A stretch of 8,584 nucleotides of DNA from Erysipelotrichaceae bacterium (GTDB lineage: Bacteria > Bacillota_I > Bacilli_A > Erysipelotrichales > Coprobacillaceae). Both the position numbers and the translations under genes were made by a program. Where the stretch lies: the NCBI GenBank assembly GCA_028698185.1, contig JAQVDW010000047.1:1-8584 (forward strand). Direction: 5' to 3'. Numbering within the stretch: position 1 is the stretch's first letter; each line of letters opens with the position of its first letter. The notes beneath the pieces are model-generated. The model was not told the DNA's origin and did no database searches. It saw nothing but the letters and a program-made list of their open reading frames with translations. Below, piece after piece: positions 4,700-8,584 of this stretch.

Positions 4700-7600
4700 A
4701 TGGCTAAAAAGTTTTTATCAATGGATGGTAACCAAGCAGCTGCTCACGTATCATATGCGTTTACTGAAGTTGCAAGCATTTATCCAATCACTCCTTCTTC
4801 TCCAATGGCTGAACATGCGGAAGCATGGGCTGCAAGCGGAAAGAAGAATATTTTTGGAACTCCGGTAAATGTGATTGAAATGCAATCTGAAGCAGGTGCT
4901 GCAGGTGCTGTTCATGGGGCATTACAAGGAGGAGCGCTTTCGACAACGTTCACAGCTTCTCAAGGGTTGTTATTAATGATTCCTAACCTGTATAAAATTC
5001 AAGGTGAGTGTCTCCCAGGTGTATTCCACGTTGCGGCAAGATCGTTGGCAACTAGATCATTAAGTATTTTCGGTGATCACCAAGATATCTATGCATGTCG
5101 TCAAATCGGAATGCCGATGATTTGCTCTCATTCAGTGCAGGAAGTTATGGACTTAGGAGGGATTGCCCACCTTGCCGCAATTAAAGCTTCGGTACCTGTA
5201 ATGCATTTCTTTGATGGATTTAGAACATCACATGAAATCCAAAAAGTGGAAGTTATGGACTACGATGTTTTAGAAAAATATTTAGACAAAGATGCTATTG
5301 CTAAATTCAAAGCCAACGCCTTGAATCCACATACAAATCCAGTGGAACGTGGTGGAGCTGAAAATGATGACATCTATTTCCAAGGAAGAGAAGCTCAAAA
5401 TGCCCATTATGATGCAGTCGTTGAAGTCGTTGCTGATTACATGGACAAGATTTCTCAAGAAACGGGAAGAGAATATGCACCATTCACTTATTATGGGGCA
5501 CCAGATGCTACCAGAGTGATCATCGCAATGGGATCTGTTACAGAAACCATTATCGAAACAGTGGATGCAATGAATAGACTTGGTGAAAAAGTCGGTCTGA
5601 TCAAAGTTCATTTATATCGTCCTTTCTCAGCTAAATATTTATTGAATGTTTTACCAAAAACAGTAACTAGCGTAGCTGTATTGGATCGTACTAAAGAAAT
5701 GGGTGCAACTGGGGAACCGTTGTACTTGGATGTCGTCTCAGTTCTAAAAGACGTAGACCACATTGAAACTATTGTTGGTGGACGTTACGGATTGTCTTCT
5801 AGAAATACTCGTCCTCAAGATATCAAACCAGTATATGACCACTTGGCAAAAGAGACTCCTTTCCATGGGTTCACTGTTGGGATTATCGATGATGTTACAA
5901 ACCTGTCATTGCCTTCAGATGAAGATTTCAAGGTTGTCGCTGATTATTCAGGATGTTTATTCTATGGTTTGGGATCTGATGGTACAGTTTCTGCCAATAA
6001 ATCGTCAATCAAAATCATCGGGGATCATACTGATCTTTATTCTCAAGCTTATTTCGCTTATGATTCTAAAAAGGCCGGTGGGGTCACTAGATCCAACTTG
6101 CGTTTTGGTAAATCACCTATCAAAGCTACCTATTATGTGAATCAGGCTGATTTCATTTCTTCTTCTTTGGATAACTATGTCCTTAAATATGACATGCTCC
6201 GTGATTTAAAAGAAGGTGGAACTTTCTTGCTGAATACGGAATTCTCTCCTGAAGAAATTGTGGAATATCTGCCAAATAAGGTTAAAAAACAATTGGCTGA
6301 CAAAAAAGCTAAATTCTATATCATCAATGCCAATGTGATTGCTGAATCTATCGGTATGGGGCGTAGAACAAATACAATCCTGCAATCTGCTTTCTTCGCG
6401 TTGAATCCACAAATTCTTCCAATCGAAGATGCCGTGAAATACATGAAAGAAATGGCTAAGAAATCATATGGTGCCAAAGGTGATGAAATTGTTGAAATGA
6501 ACTACAAAGCAATTGATGCCGGTAAAGACCAAGTGGTTGAAGTGCCGGTTCAAGCAGAATGGTCATCTTTGATTGTGAAATCATTGAAATCAAACACTGG
6601 AGATGAGTATTTCGATGAATTCGTTTCAGTAATCAACTCATTAGATGGTTATGACTTGCCTACATCTGCTTTCCTTGACAAACTTGACGGATCAATGAAA
6701 ACTGGTATCGCCTTCGATGAACACCGTGCTATCGCTACGCAAGTTCCAAAATGGAAGAAAGAAAACTGTATCCAATGTAATACTTGTGTCATGGTTTGTC
6801 CTCATGCGACAATCCGCGCATTCTTGTTGACGGATGAAGAAATGGCTGCTGCTCCTGAAGATATCAGTGATGACGTCCTGACTCCAATCGGCAAAAACGT
6901 CGAAGGATTACATTACAGAATCCAAATTTCACCTGACAACTGTGTAGGGTGTGGTACTTGTGTTGTTGAATGTCCGGGTAAAAAAGGTGTCAAAGCATTG
7001 GAAATGGTGCCAGTACATGGTGAGTTGGTTCATGCGCCGTTGGCAAATTACCTTTACAAGGAAACTAAATACCGTGATGACAAATATCCTGCAGTATCCG
7101 CAAAGGGTATCGGATTCATGCGTCCATATTTCGAAGTATCAGGTGCATGTGCTGGTTGTGGAGAAACTCCATATTATAGATTGGTTACCCAATTGTTTGG
7201 TAAAGATATGCTGATTGCGAATGCGACAGGATGTACATCAATCTATTGTGGTTCTACACCTTCAACTCCTTTTACTACAGATGAAAACGGTGAAGGGCCA
7301 GCATGGGCTAACTCACTGTTCGAAGATAATGCCGAATTTGGGTTTGGTATGCGTCTTGCAAGCAACTATCAAGAAGGTTATATCTTGAAAGTTATGGAAG
7401 ATAACTATGATGCCCTTGAAGATGAATTGAAGGCAGTTATTGACGAATATCGTGAAAACAAAGGCAACCGTGAAAAAGAACGCGAAATCGCTCCAAAATT
7501 GATTGAATTGGTTGATGCGTCTAAAAACGAAGGAATCAAGGCGTTAAAAGCAGTTGAACGTGATCTTGTTTCTAAATCTCAATGGATCGTCGGTGGAGAC

Positions 7601-8230
7601 GGATGGGCTTATGACATCGGTTATGGTGGTGTTGACCATGTACTTGCCAATGACGAAAATGTGAACATTTTGGTCTTGGATACGGAAATCTATTCAAATA
7701 CTGGTGGTCAATCATCTAAATCATCGCAAGCTGCATCAATCGCCAAATTTACTGCTGGTGGTAAAAAGGGAGCTAAAAAAGATTTGGCGCAAATCGCTAT
7801 GGCTTACGGTCATGTTTATGTTGCTCAAATCGCTATGGGGGCCAACACAGCTCAAACTATCAAAGCTCTCAAGGAAGCTGAATCTTACGATGGACCTTCT
7901 TTAATCATTGCATATTCTCCATGCCAACAACACGGTATCAAAGGCGGAATGTCAATGCACCAACGACAAGAAAAAGCTGCGGTTGATTGTGGATACTTTA
8001 ACTTGTTCAGATTCGATCCAAGATTAGAAGCAGAAGGAAAGAACCCATTGCAAATGGACTCTAAAGCTCCTGACTTCACTAAATTCCAAGACTTCTTGAA
8101 CAGTGAAACTCGTTACGCTCAATTGGCGCGAATTAACCCAGTTAATGCACAAGAGCTTAAAGCTAAAACAGAAGCTGACGCGGTTAAACGTCGTGCTCGA
8201 TTAGACCGTTTGGCAGCTGAAAATTTTTAA
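4700..8230 (+). CDS. nifJ: Pyruvate:ferredoxin (flavodoxin) oxidoreductase, single-polypeptide PFOR
   Basis: 1176-aa ORF. It has two ferredoxin-type 4Fe-4S motifs, CIQCNTCVMVCP (6767-6802) and CVGCGTCVVECP (6941-6976). Further Cys ligands occur in CAGCGETPY and GCTSIYCG, and the TPP-binding block GGDGWAYDIGYGG is present. The N-terminus MDGNQAAAHVSYAFTEVASIYPITPSSPMAE is typical of NifJ/YdbK. A strong RBS precedes it. Confidence 0.97.
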   Translation: MAKKFLSMDGNQAAAHVSYAFTEVASIYPITPSSPMAEHAEAWAASGKKNIFGTPVNVIEMQSEAGAAGAVHGALQGGALSTTFTASQGLLLMIPNLYKIQGECLPGVFHVAARSLATRSLSIFGDHQDIYACRQIGMPMICSHSVQEVMDLGGIAHLAAIKASVPVMHFFDGFRTSHEIQKVEVMDYDVLEKYLDKDAIAKFKANALNPHTNPVERGGAENDDIYFQGREAQNAHYDAVVEVVADYMDKISQETGREYAPFTYYGAPDATRVIIAMGSVTETIIETVDAMNRLGEKVGLIKVHLYRPFSAKYLLNVLPKTVTSVAVLDRTKEMGATGEPLYLDVVSVLKDVDHIETIVGGRYGLSSRNTRPQDIKPVYDHLAKETPFHGFTVGIIDDVTNLSLPSDEDFKVVADYSGCLFYGLGSDGTVSANKSSIKIIGDHTDLYSQAYFAYDSKKAGGVTRSNLRFGKSPIKATYYVNQADFISSSLDNYVLKYDMLRDLKEGGTFLLNTEFSPEEIVEYLPNKVKKQLADKKAKFYIINANVIAESIGMGRRTNTILQSAFFALNPQILPIEDAVKYMKEMAKKSYGAKGDEIVEMNYKAIDAGKDQVVEVPVQAEWSSLIVKSLKSNTGDEYFDEFVSVINSLDGYDLPTSAFLDKLDGSMKTGIAFDEHRAIATQVPKWKKENCIQCNTCVMVCPHATIRAFLLTDEEMAAAPEDISDDVLTPIGKNVEGLHYRIQISPDNCVGCGTCVVECPGKKGVKALEMVPVHGELVHAPLANYLYKETKYRDDKYPAVSAKGIGFMRPYFEVSGACAGCGETPYYRLVTQLFGKDMLIANATGCTSIYCGSTPSTPFTTDENGEGPAWANSLFEDNAEFGFGMRLASNYQEGYILKVMEDNYDALEDELKAVIDEYRENKGNREKEREIAPKLIELVDASKNEGIKALKAVERDLVSKSQWIVGGDGWAYDIGYGGVDHVLANDENVNILVLDTEIYSNTGGQSSKSSQAASIAKFTAGGKKGAKKDLAQIAMAYGHVYVAQIAMGANTAQTIKALKEAESYDGPSLIIAYSPCQQHGIKGGMSMHQRQEKAAVDCGYFNLFRFDPRLEAEGKNPLQMDSKAPDFTKFQDFLNSETRYAQLARINPVNAQELKAKTEADAVKRRARLDRLAAENF

Positions 8231-8238
8231 TAACATTT

Positions 8239-8263
8239 AAAAGCGCAGATTCTGCGCTTTTTT
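8239..8263 (+). terminator. Rho-independent terminator of nifJ
   Basis: GCGCAG (8243-8248) pairs with CTGCGC (8252-8257) across loop ATT. It is flanked by AAAA and TTTTTT (8258-8263), 9 nt after the TAA stop. Confidence 0.88.
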
Positions 8264-8358
8264 CCTTTAACCACTACTACGCATAGTCCAAATTGCTTAA
8301 CAAACATTGTATGGATCTGATAGCAAGCAAAATTGTCGAAAGTTTTGGTTTTATACTC

Positions 8359-8387
8359 TTTACAATTCAAAAAAATGATGTTAATAT
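8359..8387 (+). promoter_or_regulatory. Strong sigma-A type promoter (P1) with extended -10
   Basis: -35 TTTACA (8359-8364), a 17-nt spacer, then TGtTAATAT (8379-8387). The octamer TGTTAATA is tandemly repeated at 8379-8394. Confidence 0.55.
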
Positions 8388-8440
8388 GTTAATACACTAG
8401 GAAATAAACTAAATGTATGAAATGTTTTTTTATTTAATCG

Positions 8441-8469
8441 TTGACATTTATTGCTCTATGTTGTAAGAT
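8441..8469 (+). promoter_or_regulatory. Strong sigma-A type promoter (P2) with T-rich UP-like element
   Basis: Perfect -35 TTGACA (8441-8446), a 17-nt spacer, then -10 TAAGAT (8464-8469). The A/T-rich stretch AATGTTTTTTTATTTAATCG lies immediately upstream (8421-8440). It sits ~82 bp downstream of P1, which matches the tandem P1/P2 arrangement of Firmicutes rrn operons. Confidence 0.6.
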
Positions 8470-8478
8470 AATCAAGTC

Positions 8479-8514
8479 GGCTCAAGCGAGCCACAGTTCA
8501 TTGAAAACTAAACA
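8479..8514 (+). promoter_or_regulatory. rRNA-operon-type antitermination leader: boxB-like hairpin plus boxA-like element
   Basis: Hairpin GGCTC-AAGC-GAGCC (8479-8492) is followed by GTTCATTGAAAACTAAAC (8496-8513). This resembles the Bacillus rrn boxA GTTCTTTGAAAACTA with one substitution. No ORF follows up to the window end. Confidence 0.55.
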
Positions 8515-8584
8515 GAATTAAAAACACAACGTCAATTATTCAATAAGAATAAGATTTAAAAAGAGCTAAACAAACAAGCAATTG

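Noticed and set aside
8291-8583. 8-nt inverted match AATTGCTT (8291-8298) with AAGCAATT (8576-8583), considered as possible element termini
   Set aside because: The match is short and AT-rich, with ~280 nt between the arms. It is fully compatible with chance, and no transposase or target duplication is present.
1-8584. Search for a mobile element, CRISPR array, tRNA, toxin-antitoxin pair or known defence-system genes
   Set aside because: I saw no direct-repeat/spacer periodicity, no cloverleaf-capable GC-rich ~75-nt segment, no transposase/integrase-like ORF and no small overlapping gene pair. Apart from the DprA-like gene, the region reads as core metabolism.

Overview
Low-GC (about 40%) Firmicutes-type chromosomal segment using the standard genetic code, with every credible gene on the + strand. 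Left to right: (i) the last ~80 codons of a PfkB-family sugar kinase with no 5' half, followed by a clean intrinsic terminator. (ii) A compact, translationally coupled five-gene block (616-4591): type II L-asparaginase without a signal peptide, a very divergent DprA/Smf-like protein, a short rhomboid intramembrane serine protease, GalU, and an uncharacterised small 4-TM protein. (iii) A monocistronic, codon-optimised pyruvate:ferredoxin oxidoreductase (NifJ/PFOR) with a strong terminator. (iv) Tandem strong promoters plus a boxB-hairpin/boxA leader typical of a Firmicutes rRNA operon that should start just beyond the right edge. I see no IS element, CRISPR array, tRNA, integrase or recognisable defence gene, so this looks mostly like housekeeping DNA. 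The items most worth a second look are the degenerate DprA-like gene, a 22-nt palindromic promoter/operator module shared at 20/22 between the asparaginase-operon and nifJ promoters, and the kinase remnant.
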